Translations under genes and position numbers: made by a program | Assembly: GCA_030704615.1 (NCBI GenBank) | Contig: CM060734.1 | Location: 36,332,001-36,396,000 of the forward strand | DNA from: Takakia lepidozioides | Lineage: Eukaryota; Plantae; Bryophyta | DNA: 64,000 nt | Direction of reading: 5' to 3' | The notes under the pieces: model-generated | What the model was told of the DNA's origin: nothing | What the model saw: the letters and a program-made list of their open reading frames with translations, nothing else | Database searches by the model: none | Shown here: piece by piece, positions 1 through 12,781 of the stretch | How the letters are laid out: every line of letters starts with the position of its first letter | How positions within the stretch are numbered: the first letter of the stretch is position 1

Positions 1-5
1 TGCCC

Positions 6-246
6 ACAGACATGGTTGGACACTACAGCCTCTAAGTCAGATTTATCCAGCAGGGTGAAGACTTCCGGTTCCAGGTCCAGGTCCTTGAGAATCTCTTCTA
101 CTGTCTTCTACCAGGACTTAGCCTGTTTGACAGGTCGGTGGGCAGTCCTGTTTCCAAGATATAGAGTCGATTAACTTAGGATATCTAGTGTTGGACATAT
201 GTTGCAGCTGAACCCACCATCTGACCTTGAATTTATCTCGTAGGGA
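6..246 (-). mobile_element. LINE ORF2 C-terminal fragment (RTE/RTEX-like); direct-repeat copy of 980-1200
   Basis: Minus strand reads LRDKFKVRWWVQLQHMSNTRYPKLI, resembling the RTE post-RT motif LRWxGHxxRMxxxRxPK. Bases 6-227 are nearly identical to 980-1200. Confidence 0.65.
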
Positions 247-340
247 GCTTAAAAGAAAGCAGCACAGAAGAGAGGGAGAGAGAGGGAGAGGGAGAGAGGG
301 AGAGAAAGGGACAGAGAGAGGGAGTGAGAGGGAGATATCA

Positions 341-447
341 GGGGGCAACAAAGAAAAGAAAAGAAGGTGGGGGGGGGAGTGACTGAGCAGCTACTGCTTC
401 TCAATCACTCCCCCCCCCCACATTCTCTGTTTTTCTTTGTTGCCCCC
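341..447. repeat. Hairpin (inverted repeat) module built on G/C runs
   Basis: gggggcaacaaagaaaa...ggggggagtga pairs with tcactcccccc...ttttctttgttgccccc. Related modules occur at 1201-1268 and 6638-6790. Confidence 0.7.
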
Positions 448-454
448 TCTCTTG

Positions 455-1200
455 GGGAAACAAAAGGGACAAATCCTACCTCTGTCAGGGGCTGACGTTG
501 GTAGTAAGATTTACCTTTGCATATAGAATTAATCCGGGTTTTCCAGATATCCTCTACAAATCCCTTCACACAAGCATCAATCTGCTGTGTGTGAGATGCC
601 CAAAAACTAGGCCTCAGAAGGGGCGGGGCTTTTGGCTCAGCCTCGACTTTTTCAAAGTTAGTAAACAGAGGCACATGCACAATTCCCTTGATAGATTTGA
701 AGAGAGCGCCTCTTTGGTGAGAGAACCCCGGACAGTGTATCAGAAAATGAGTACTGTCTTCAGATTGCCCACACAATGGGCAATTGCACTCTCCGTTTCC
801 TCTCTGCTTCTGTTTGCTGTTCAAAGGTAGGCTTCCTGCCCTGAGTTTAAATTCAGTCTAGTGCCGAGAGCGGGTAGACCCTTGAGGTCATCCAAGATGA
901 TCTCCCCCATGTCACTGATTGGAAACAAGTTCAGGGAAGTTTTCTGCCTAACTTCATTTTCATCAGACAATCTCATGGCAACAGACATGGTTGGACACTA
1001 CAGCCTCTAAGTCAGATTTATCCAGCAGGGTGAAGACTTGCGGTTCCAGGTCCAGGTCCTTGAGAATCTCTTCTACTGTCTTCTGCCAGGACTTAGCCTG
1101 TTTGACAGGTCGGTGGGCGGTCCTGTTTCCAAGATATAGAGTCGATTAACTTAGGATATCTAGTGTTGGACATATGCTGCAGCTGACCCCACCATCTGAC
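455..1200 (-). mobile_element. LINE 3' end fragment (RTE/RTEX-like) with CCHC zinc finger
   Basis: ORF 405..824 contains CPLCGQSEDSTHFLIHC, preceded by the VRWWGQLQHMSNTRYPK motif. It has an inverted copy at 3775-4345. Confidence 0.7.
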
Positions 1201-2639
1201 CTCCCCCCCCCAACCCATTTTTTTCATTGTTGCCCCCTCTCTCCCTCTGTCTCCCTCCTCGGAACTGGCCGGTTGCATCAGTGTTCTTTTCATGATTTTC
1301 CATCTATACCAGATGGACTCTAAAAGGTGTTTTCACCCGACTTGTAAAGGTTTTCTATCCATACCGGAAGAATCACCTGGGTGGACACTAAGGTACCTTT
1401 AAAAATGACCTATAATTTTTCATTCCTCTTTTATTGACTTTCATCTATATCAGATGAGTCACCAGAGAATGAGGAATTACCTCCATAGGGGTTATGACAC
1501 TGGCATCCTATCTATAATTTTTCCATCCATGCCGGATGAAAAATACCAGGATTTGAATTCGTTTTATTCCCCCTTTATGCTTTTCTTTCCGTACTGGATG
1601 AGGCTTTCTCTTAAGGGATGACGAATTACCCTTAACTCCTACCCTATAATCTACTGTTTAAACCTAGCTAACGGATGACATCCGTCGGGTTTTTAAGAGA
1701 AAGGGTATTTATTATTCATCCTCCGGATGAAAAATCGGGCTCTGCCCTAGGGTATCTCTCCCGCTATCAGCTGCATTCCTCGTGCTGCTGAGCTCGCAAG
1801 TTATGGCGTCTGAGCTCTGCTGCTACCCTGTCTGCTGCTTCATGCCGGACGAGCCCTTGGGGATGCGCAATGGCGGCGTCTTGTCTCTTCTCATAGGCGG
1901 GAAAACCCGTTGTGATAGCATCGTCCCTTTCCCACCTCTGGCTTTTATGTTTCGCAGCAGTGCTTTGGTGGGGAAATATATTGCTCCCTCTCCCTTCTTA
2001 GACCTAGCATTTGTATGCTTCGCTTCTCCTTAGCTGTGCTGGAGGTGGCGTGTTGGTGGCAATGGCGCAGTGTTACCTTCCACAATCGCTCAAGGTGCTT
2101 TTGGCGATTAGGGTTCTTTTTACTTCATATCTTTCTCTCTTGTTTTTTGAGGTTCTTAGTTGACATCGATAACAAGTGTAGGGGTCTGTGATTCACCTGG
2201 GGTTCCACAATCCTCACTAACCCATTGGTTTTTGTGGGGGCTTGTGATGGGACCAGGTGAGGATCCCTACCTACTTTGAATTCTCTTGAGCTTGCAGATA
2301 AGGGTGTGTGCAAAAGGAACATACTGCTGCTACCTGCAGCCCCGATTTCGGCCCGCTTGCTCCCGGTTTGACATGATGATGCTTGCTTTTGACTTATCTT
2401 TTGCTGCTGCTGATGGAGCACTTTGGCCTGGCAGCCTTGTCTCATGCAGCACTGCATGTGAATCCTACCGTGTCCTGAATCTTTGACAGCTTTGCCTGTG
2501 GATTTTTAGACTAGGTTCTCCTTTTTTTGGCCTTAAAAGAGGATTGATGGTGTAAGGGACAAGTCATAAGTAGTTGTTTGGCTCTAAGGATGAGGAGACC
2601 TGAGTTTTGTTAAAGAAGATAGCCTGATAAGGCAGTGAC

Positions 2640-3500
2640 AGGCCATTTTCAGACCTGGATGTGTTGTGGAATGGAGCATAGTGAGGTTCTATTTGCAAAA
2701 CATGGCATTAACCTCATGTGAAACAGTGACGGTAAGCTCTAAAGGACTCTGGCCAATGATTATTTACTTTATTTTGCCATATGAACAGCCACCTGCATTG
2801 TATGATTTATATTGGTCAAGTGGGCTTGGTCTTGGGCACTCAAAGTGTATGTGTGTCCGGATCTGGATGCTGTGACAGGGCAGGCCTTTCTTCCATGCCA
2901 AAACGCCTTACATGATGTATATCTTGGGCAACTGTACATGATGTAGAATGAAGTCGCAGTCAGTCTTGTCATGCCCAAAGTGATCACTTGGTTGCATGTT
3001 TGAAGTCTGATTTACTGCAGGTTGGGCCAGCAAGAGTCCTATGTGCACAGGTCCTGAATATATACAATGACAGACTGTTCTTACATACCCAGAAGGCCTT
3101 GCACGATGCATGCTTTGGGGTGCTTACATTTGGCCAAATGTGAAGCTGTAATATGGCTTACCTTGCCCAAGAAATGTACTTGGTGGCAGGCCTGAAGTGT
3201 AATTAATTGCAGGCTGGTCTTTCCTGCTGCAGGTGTGAACACTCATTGAATGTGTTGTAAGGCAGACTGTTCTTACCTACTTTGCATAATGCTTGTCTTG
3301 GATCACCTCAAGGTACTTGTGTATACATATCTTGGATCTGTAATATGGCAAGATACTCTTATATGCCCATGATATCTTGCATGGTGCATATCTTATGGAT
3401 AACTATGGATGATGTAATCTGAGGCTACAATCTGACTTATATTGTGCAAGAGGGTCACTTGGGTACATGACATGAATCTGATTATGAACATACCCTGCCC
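2640..3500. repeat. Degenerate tandem repeat, period about 190 bp
   Basis: cagactgttcttac at 3071 and 3263; tgcagg(t/c)tgg at 3016 and 3208. Confidence 0.5.
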
Positions 3501-3694
3501 TCCTACCCTGTTTTATCATGACTGAATGGGTGGCGTCACTTGGCATGTTATGACAAGACTGGAAATGTTAGATGGTGCCCTATCATGGGGCTGTTTATGT
3601 CTTTAATGGACAATGACCCTAGTTGGTCTTGTCCATGTCTTGACATGACATGAATATCTTCCCTCTCCCTCTCTCTTTTTAACTTTTTATGTAG

Positions 3695-4420
3695 AGGGGT
3701 CAACTCTGAGGTTAAGAAAACCATGCTTTGTCGCATTATTAGACCTGCCTTGGAGTACGGATCTGCAATATGGGTTGATAATTTGACTTAGAGGCTGTAG
3801 TGTCCAAAGCCATGTCTGTTGCCATGAGACTGTCTGATGAAAATGAAGTTAGGCAGAAAACTTCCCTGAACTTGTTTCCAGTCAGTGACATGGGGGAGGA
3901 CATCTTGGATGACCTCAAGAGTCTACCCCACTCTCGGCACTAGACTGAAATTTAAACTCAGGCAGGAAGCCTACCTTTGAACAGCAAACAGAAGCAGAGA
4001 AGAAATGGAGAGTGCAATTGCGCGTTGTGTGGGCAATCTGAAGACAATACTCATTTTCTGATGCACTGTCTGGGGTTCTCTTACCAAAGAGATGCTCTCT
4101 TCAAATCTATCAAGGGAATTGTGCCTGTACCTCTGTTTACCAACTTTGAAAGTCTCAAGGCTGAGCCAAAAGCCCAGGCCCTCCTGAGGCCTAGTTATTG
4201 GGGCAAATCACACACAACAGTTTTGATGCTTGTGTGAAGGGATTTCTAGAGGATATTTGGAAAACCCAGATTAATTCTATATATGAAGGTAAGTCTTACT
4301 ACCAACATCAGCCCCTGACAGAGGTAGGTTCTGTCCCTTTTGTTTCCGCTCAAACTGGGCGCGGGGTCAATGGCCACAAGGCTATACGGCAAACAACGTC
4401 TTATGAGTACAATCTTTCTT
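3695..4420 (+). mobile_element. Internally deleted LINE 3' fragment (RTE/RTEX-like)
   Basis: LCRIIRPALEYGSAIW (RT thumb-type motif) is joined directly to the segment leading to CALCGQSEDNTHFLMHC. Inverted copy of 460-1020. Confidence 0.7.
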
Positions 4421-7063
4421 TTAACCTTTTCTGCACCCTCTCTCCCTTAATCTTTTAACCTTTTCTGCACCCTCTCTCCCTTATGGTTTGTTTACTTTTG
4501 TGAACAAAAAAAAAAAGAGGGAAGATACTTTTTGTCATGTCAAGACAAAGACATGACCCCTAGGGTCGTTGTCATGAAAGAATAAATAGACATATCAGCC
4601 ACTTAACAGTGGCACCATCCATCAATCATCAAGCTTAGAAAATCCAGAATTACATCCATGCACAGTAATGTGTTCATGTCAGTATTATTCATAATCCAGA
4701 GAGTATGCCACTGATGCTGATTGACCATCATTCAAGATCATGATACACTTACATAGGTCTGGGTGGGATGGCGGGTACTTGGCCATATTTTGGCCTTGAT
4801 GTGGTGCAGGTCATATAGTCATACAGATTTATTGTCTGCAAGCTGTAATCCAAGCATACTTGCTAAAACCCCATGGGTGTCATGGATGGTTTTCTTAAAA
4901 AGAAAGGAACACTTGGATATCACAGATTTAAATACCTTGCCCTGTCAGTATTTGTTTAGACTGGTGTGCAGTACAACTTGCCCCCACAAGGGATGTGGAT
5001 ATGTCTGGTAAGTTTTCCAGAACATCCCTATACCTTTATTTCTTGCTACAGCTGAAAATCAAAGCTCATGACACAGCAATGTAAATATAATTGACTGCAT
5101 ACACATCCTGTGACAGTTATATGATACTGTCAGTATACCCTTCACATCATTCCACATTTGACCATGTCATTACATCATGTCCAGGGGGTATTTCCACTTG
5201 ACCACCCTGGCTGCCTCAAAAACCAGTTACCATTTATATTACTGCCATATTTCAGTGTCAGCCGAATAGCCACAAGCAGAAACTTCATCATACCTTGGCC
5301 TAAGCATCTAGCTAACAAAGCCATCTGGGTTGGAACATAACAGGGGCCTTTTACCAATAGAGGTAGCCGAGTAGCTGCAGCAACCATTTCCTTGCAGCCT
5401 CTCACTTTGTTTCCAACTACCATAAGGTAAGCAAAGCAAACTAGGGCCTGGATAACAGATGTGTGTCTCTCACACATGCCATCATAAATCAGGCTGTCAC
5501 CATATAATAGAGGTTTTTCAACTGGCTGGGCGAACTAGCCCATCGTAACCATAGAGTAGTTTAGTTTTTTCAACATTTAAGATGAGTCCCTGGCAAGCGA
5601 TTCCTTCCCCTGCTCTGCAATCCCACTTGGCATCCAGCAGCACCTAGACATCAGAATATTAAGTGGAAGCCCTCACCTGTGCCCGTCCCAAAAACAACCA
5701 CAACGCATTATGAGTTAGTGAGGATGCACGAGGTAGTAGCAGGCTTCCACACTTGCTATCGAGGTCAAATACACTTCAATCTAAGCGCAGGAATGCCAAA
5801 GCAAGCAAGGAAGCAAACCAGCAGAAAAATAACATTTTTTTTACTGTTTGGGGGAGAGTCGTCATCTCTCCACAAGCCTAACCGTGCAGGGAGGACTCCG
5901 CCAACACCACAACACTGCTACCTTAACCAAAGCAAGGTCTTGCCAAGCACAAGAAAAAAAGAGCTTGCTCTCAAAAGGTAGGGTTTATAAAGGGAGGGAG
6001 AGAGACTTCTTTGTGCCGCCATTAATCAAAGATCCAGAGGAGGGCTCCTAGGGAAACGTCATAGGCATGCAGGTGGTACCTCCGCAGGATTGGCAGCTCA
6101 AGGTATCTGCAGCATGAGCAACCATCGCCTCCTCACAGCCGCCATTGCTCGCGCTCTGTATGCCGCAAAAAGAAGAGATTAGGGTTGCGCAGGGTTTTCC
6201 CCTGTTCTGGGGCCCGTCATTCAATCTGCCTCAGGGATGAAAAACATCCACCAGTCTGTCCGGCCCGACGGACTTTTCCCGTTTCTTCATCCGTTGAAGA
6301 TGAAAGTATCGTGCTTTCATCCTGTCCTTGCACTCAACGGATGAGTCCGTATTTCATCTAGTTAGATGAAAAAACATGGGTTTTTTTTACCTGTCTTGCC
6401 CTGTATTTATGGTCCCGTCAGATGAAGTTCCTTTTTTTTCTACCAGGTTGGATTGAAAAGTAGAAATTGACGGGAAGTTTTTGCAACTCACAGGTTTTTT
6501 AGTGAAAATATTTCACTAGGAAATTTTTTTAAATTCATTTTGGATTAAAAAAACATCCAAAATTCCCTGCAACCCAATTTTGAATTTTTTTTCCAATTTC
6601 CTTCAAAAAATGGAAGTCGGGACAACAATTCCATAAGCCTAGTGTCGCGGAGGGAGAGAGAGGGAACCAAAAAAAATGGCAGGGGGGGGGGGGGGGCTTA
6701 ACTGAGCCCGTGGGTCTCAGCAGCTGCCGGTGGTGCTCAGTCACTCTCCCCCCCCCCACCTTTTTTTCTTTCTCTTTGTTTGCCCCCTCTCGAGACCCCG
6801 AGCATTGCTGCTCTCAGCCCCCGACATTCTTGGTTTTTTTTGTTTTTGATCTGGATGTTCCGAATGAGGGCCAATTTGTGGGTTTGCCTTACAGTGTTCC
6901 AGCTTATGGGAAAGAGAAGAAGTCCCCAAAAAAGGGCGGACAATCCGTTTGCCCTGCCGGCACGTGTGACGCGCCAGGGCGTCTCATCTCACTGCTAACC
7001 AGCCCCCGGCGAAGCCGCAGCCGGATGGCTTCGTCTGCCCCCGAGGCCAGTATCCCCCCTCTT

Positions 7064-7126
7064 GCACAGGGGCCGCGCTCAGCCAGCTTAAGAGTGCACA
7101 GGGGCCGCGCTCAGCCAGCTTAAGAG
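7064..7126. repeat. 32-bp tandem duplication
   Basis: gcacaggggccgcgctcagccagcttaagag occurs twice in tandem. Confidence 0.8.
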
Positions 7127-8402
7127 AAGCTTCTCCTATTAGGGAGGTTGTGCTGAGCCAGATGCTCCGGTGAGCACACCCCCGGCCACCCAAGAGGGTG
7201 AGGATTGAAATGGATGGCAAAGTGGCAATTGAAATGTACCTTGGCAAGCAACATCAACCCGTTCGGGGGCCCTGGTATGGGCACCTTTTTGGATTGGTCA
7301 CCCACATAGCGACCCCTTCCTCCGCAACAAAGGCTACACTTGCCAAGGCCCAACGTCAGGTTCATGGGCTTGAAAGCCTCCATGCCGGCCCAGCCCCCCC
7401 CTTGTGTCAATGAGGGAGGAGAGAGAAGACAGGAGGACCAATGAAGTGGCCAAGATAGCGAAGCGCCTTGAAGAAGTCAAGCCGGGTGAGGGCTTTTACC
7501 CTGATACGCATTTGGGGGGGGAGGGGGGGAGGAGGAGGAGAGGTATGGGCCGGTTCGGAGCAACCTAGCCGATCAGCGACACCGCCCCCTGAGCCTGCCC
7601 TGAGCGCGTCAGCAAAGAAGGGCCTAGACTACGGGGCGCCGCCGCCGACTATGCCCCACATCTGGAATCTACTTCCAGTGGCGCTCCGTGAGGGGATAGA
7701 GCGGGCACATCCGGGCAACGGGGACTCCTCCACTCGGGGCGGGGGTGACACCAGGGGCGAGTCGGACAAGCTTGCAAAGGTACAACTGTTCGCACCTTGT
7801 TCCATGATTTATCTTTCCTTTGCATGATGATTTTCTTTGTTGTTTGTTTCTTTTTTTGAATTTGGAGGGGTTATTTGTCTTCAGGAGCAGCAACATGGCT
7901 GGCCTCATTGTGTGGCAGTCCACCAGTGGGGTTCGAATGAGGGAGAGCACGTGGTGTTCATGAAGGACCCGAACACCAAAGGTAAGAAGAAGAGGCCTCG
8001 ATCTCCCGAGATCCCTTTTACCATCCATGAAGGGGTGCCGAGGAGAGAGAGAGAAGAGAGGGAGAGGAGAAGGAGGAGAAAGGGAAGTAGTGGGGAAGGG
8101 GAAGGAGATGGTCGTGGAGAAGAAGTGGAAGGAAAAGAAGTCCATGGAGAGGAAGGGCTGAGTGTGGGGGGGTGCGTGCATTCCGTGAGGCCAGGAGGAG
8201 GCGTGAGCCGGTGAGCCCAAGAAACCGTGAGCCAGCACAGGCTCACGCCACGTCGCATGCATACAGGGCCTATTTCCGCGGGTGTCACCTATTACGCGGT
8301 TGATTGCGGTTGAACAGCCATTCCCGAATGCAGACTGCAGACTGGATGTATTACATCCATTGTATCCATCCTTGTATCCATTGCCTCCATCTAGACGTTA
8401 TA

Positions 8403-8542
8403 AAGACTTCCTTCATATAAAGAATTAATCCAGGTTTTCCAGATATCCTCTAGAAATCCCTTCACACAAGCATCATCTGCTGTGTGTAATTTTGCCCAAA
8501 AAATAGGCCTCAGAGGGCCTGGGCTTTTGGCTCAGCCTCGAG
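8403..8542 (-). mobile_element. Short fragment of the same LINE 3' end
   Basis: Matches 505-645 and the reverse complement of 4155-4297. Confidence 0.7.
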
Positions 8543-9070
8543 ACTGTCGGGGAGCTTAAGGAGGACGGAAAGCCAAACTCTGCATTTGGAATGTGGGTAC
8601 GTCGTGAGGAGGTGCACACTGACATCATTCTAAAGGGATCCTTGCGAAATCTTTTTTTTACTCCACCACCTTTTGTGAACATGCCAAGTAATGTGCGGGA
8701 GCATCATGGATGCCCTCACCAGATATTTGAGAATGCCTGAACGATCTTGATCACGTGGACTTCACTCGATGGATTCACCAAGCATTCTTCTAGCAAGAAT
8801 GGTTTGGAGACAAGCGAGCAAATGATGCGAGAATGCTTGTCACGAATCAAAGTCGATTGTTTGTTTTTTGAAATGCACTCAAGCCTGTGAGGTCCACAAA
8901 ACTCTAAATAGATGAAGGAACAATCCGGTAGTCCATGCAACCCCCATCTCCAATAATAGTTTGTCCCATGAAGTTGCATCCCACGCACACATTGCAAACA
9001 GGACAACAATGACACACAACCATCCCATTTCAAAATTTGGCCCCGAATAAAACCAAAAGAAAACTTCATA

Positions 9071-9550
9071 TCAAGTGTCACAGTCATCAGAATCACTCTC
9101 GACCTCCTGTGCTATGTCATCCACAAAGATTCTGGCCCCAACACCACGTCTTCTACCACGGCCGTCAATGGGCGGACAGCGAGTGCCATGAATGGACATG
9201 CTTGTTGCGAGTGCCTCCGCATAGACAGGTTGCACGTAAGACCGAGGACGACTTGAAAGAGTCCAAATAGGTGTGATAGCCCACCTACCTGCCCTTGTGC
9301 CCCCTTCCCCTACCCCTTCCTTTCCTAACACCAACAACAACATTTTTTCCTTTGCCTTTCTACCTCTACCAGGGGTATCATGAGCGGGAGGCTCCTCTCT
9401 GCAAGAGTCCTCAAATTTCTATCATGAATGTCGACGGTCGGTGGCTGCGGCGGTGGCTGCTATACGCTCATTCTCTCTCCTCAAAGACACCATCCTGAGC
9501 TGGGGTCTCAGAAGGAGGGCAATCCAAATACCATGGGAGTTTTGACAACT
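9071..9550 (-). pseudogene. Internally deleted paralogue of the ParB-MTase gene (middle exon joined to last exon)
   Basis: Minus strand WYLDCPPSETP near 9500-9537 matches WYLDCPPEHT near 36650. SYVQPVYAEALATSM...IFVDDIAQEVESDSDD matches TFVLPVYAEAMTLQM...KFLDLDAKDA..TDSESD at 38508-38754. Confidence 0.7.
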
Positions 9551-9569
9551 ATGGGGAGTTTTGAGCATG

Positions 9570-12500
9570 CATACTGGCCCTGTTAGGCCCAATTTCACAT
9601 AGAAAAAACAAGCACGAAGGGGGCTCAAAACAATGTGTGTTGCCGCACACTGTTTGAGCTTCCAATAAGGATTGGATTCAACCTGCCAGAGTGGCCCCAG
9701 GGGACCGATTTTCAAATCAAAAGCAATCACATAAGGAAGCTCAAACAGTGTGCGTTGCCGCACACTGTTGGAGCTTCCAATAAAGATGGATTCAACCTGC
9801 CAAAGTGGCCCCAGAAAGACCAATTTTCACATCAAAATCAATCACTAAGGAAGCTCAAACAGTGTGCGTTGCCGCACACTGTTTGAGCTTGCAATAAGGT
9901 GTGATTTTAATATGGCATAGTGGCCATAAGTGGCCAATTTGAAATAAAATAAAAGGCAGTGAAGGGGGCTCAAACAGTGTGCGTCCGCGCACACTGTTTG
10001 AGCTTCCATTTTGGAGTCGAATGAACTTGCCAGACTAGCCGTAGGTGCACAATTTCCATATCCATAAACAAGCAAATCAGGGGGCTCAAACCGTGTGCGT
10101 TGACGTACACCGTTTGGGCTGCCAGGTAAGTGTGAATTGAACCTGACAGAGATGACCTTTGTGGTCGATTCTAAAATGCCAGCTGCCAGGTAAGTGTGCA
10201 TTGACGCTCAAAGAGATGCCTATGTGGCCGATTTTCAGATAAAAAAAACAATGACATGGTGGGCGGTGGAACAGTGTGCATTGACGCACACTGTTTGAGC
10301 TGCCAGGTAAGTCTGCATTGAACCTCAAATACATGCCCTATGTGGCCGACTTTCACATGAAAAAAACAATGACAAGTTGGGCTCAAACAGTGTGCGTTGA
10401 CGCACACTATTTGAGCTGCCACGTAAGTGTGCATTGAAGCTCAAAAGAGATGCCATATGTGGCCGATTTCAGATTAAAAAATAATGACATGGTGGACTCG
10501 AACAGTGTGCGTTGACGCACACTGCTGGAGCTGCCACGTAAGTGTGCATTAAAGCTCAAAGAGATGCCCTATGTGGCCGATTTTCAAAAAAAAAAAAAAA
10601 TGGTTGGCTGGAACAGTGTGCGTTGACGCACACTTATTGAGCTGCCCAGTAAGTCTGCATTGAACCTCAAATACATGCCCTATGTGGCCAATTTTCACAT
10701 GAAAAAAACAAGTGACAAGTTGGGCTCAAACAGTGTGCGTGATGCACACTATTTGAGCTGCCACGTAAGTGTGCATTGAAGCTCAAAGAGATGCCTTATG
10801 TGGCCGATTTTCAGATTAAAAAAATAATGACATGGTGTGCTACAACAGTGTGCGTTGACGCACACTGCTGGAGCTGCCTTGAGATGCCCTATGTGGAGGA
10901 TTTTCAGGGAAAAAAAAAAAAAAAAAAAAAAACATGGATGCTTGCAACAGTGTGCGTTGACGCACACTGTTTGAGCTGCCAGGTAAGTCTGCATTGAACC
11001 TCAAATACATGCCCTATGTGGCCGATTTTCACATGAAAAAAAATAAAGACATGTTGGGGTCAAACAGTGTGCGTTGACGCACACTGTTTGAGCTGCCACG
11101 TAAGTGTGTATTGAAGCTCAAAGAGATGCCATATGTGGCCGATTTTCAGATTAAAAAAATAATGACATGGTGGACTCGAACAGTGTGCGTTGACGCACAC
11201 TGCTGGAGCTGCCACGTAAGCGTGCATTAAAGCTCAAAGAGATGCCCTACGTGGCCGATTTAAAAATAAATAAAAAATAAATAAAAAAAAACAAAAAAAA
11301 AACATGGTTGGCTGGAACAGTGTGCGTTGACGCACACTATTTGAGCTGCCAGGTAAGTCTGCATTGAACCTCAAATACATGCCCTATGTGGCCAATTTTC
11401 ACATGAAAAAAACAATGACAAGTTGGGCTCAAAACAGTGTGCGTTGACGCACACTATTTGAGCTGCCACGTAAGTGTGCATTGAAGCTCAAAGAGATGCC
11501 TTATGTGGCCGATTTTCAGATTAAAAAAATAATGACATGGTGTGCTACAACAGTGTGCGTTGACGCACACTGCTGGAGCTGCCTTGAGATGCCCTATGTG
11601 GCGGACTTTCAAGAAAAAAAAAAAAAAAAAAAAAAAACATGGATGCGTGCATTAGTGTGCGTTGACGCACACTGTTTGAGCTGCCACGTAAGTATGCATT
11701 GAACCTCAAATACATGCCCTATGTGGCCGATTTTCACATGAAAAAAATAAAGACATGTTGGGGTCAAACAGTGTGCGTTGACGCACACTGTTTGAGCTGC
11801 CACGTAAGTGTGTATTGAGGCTAAAAGAAATGCCCTATGTGGCCGATTTTCAAATAAAAAAAAACAATGACATGGTGGGCTGGAACAGTGTGCGTTGACG
11901 CACACTGTTTGAGCTGCCAGGTAAGTCTGCATTGAACCTCAAATACATGCCCTATGTGGCCAATTTTCACATGAAAAAACAATGACAAGTTGGGCTCAAA
12001 CAGTGTGCGTTGACGCACACTATTTGAGCTGCCACGTAAGTGTGCATTGAAGCTCAAAGAGATGCCTTATGTGGCCGATTTTCAGATTAAAAAAATAATG
12101 ACATGGTGTGCTACAACAGTGTGCGTTGACGCACACTGCTGGAGCTGCCTTGAGATGCCCTATGTGGCGGATTTTCAGGGAAAAAAAAAAAAAAAAAAAA
12201 AACGTGGATGCCTGCAACAGTGTGCGTTGACGCACACTGTTTGAGCTGCCACGTAAGTCTGCATTGAACCTCAAATACATGCCCTATGTGGCCGATTTTC
12301 ACATGAAAAAAATAAAGACATGTTGCGGTCAAACAGTGTGCGTTGACGCACACTGTTTGAGCTGCCACGTAAGTGTGTATTGAGGCTAAAAGAGATGCCA
12401 TATGTGGCCGATTTTCATATAAAAAAAAAGAATGACATGGTGGGCTGGAACAGTGTGCGTTGACGCACACTATTTGAGCTGTCAGGTAAGTCTACATTGA

Positions 12501-12745
12501 ACCTCAAATACATGCCATATGTGGCCAATTTTCACATGAAAAAACCAATGACAAGTTGGGCTCAAACAGTGTGCGTTGACGCACACTATTTGAGCTGCCA
12601 CGTAAGTGTGCATTGAAGCTCAAAGAGATGCCTTATGTGACCGATTTTCAGATTAAAAAAATAATGACATGGTGTGCTACAACAGTGTGCGTTGACGCAC
12701 ACTGCTGGAGCTGCCTTGAGATGCCCTATGTGGCGGATTTTCAGG

Positions 12746-12781
<36 letters not shown>

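Larger units (their letters stand above)
1200..6830. mobile_element. Putative non-autonomous foldback-like DNA element
   Basis: 1203-1268 is inverted to 6638-6697. GGATGA/TCATCC motif clusters sit at 1290-1740 and 6230-6430. An internal inverted pair at 3575-3675 and 4515-4620 flanks a LINE fragment. Exact ends and TSD were not resolved. Confidence 0.4.

Noticed and set aside
6800-8290. Possible decayed LINE ORF1 or gene on the minus strand
   Set aside because: Only vague similarity and low-complexity purine tracts; no firm motif.
8545-8900. Plus-strand coding-like remnant
   Set aside because: Interrupted in all frames and no recognisable domain.
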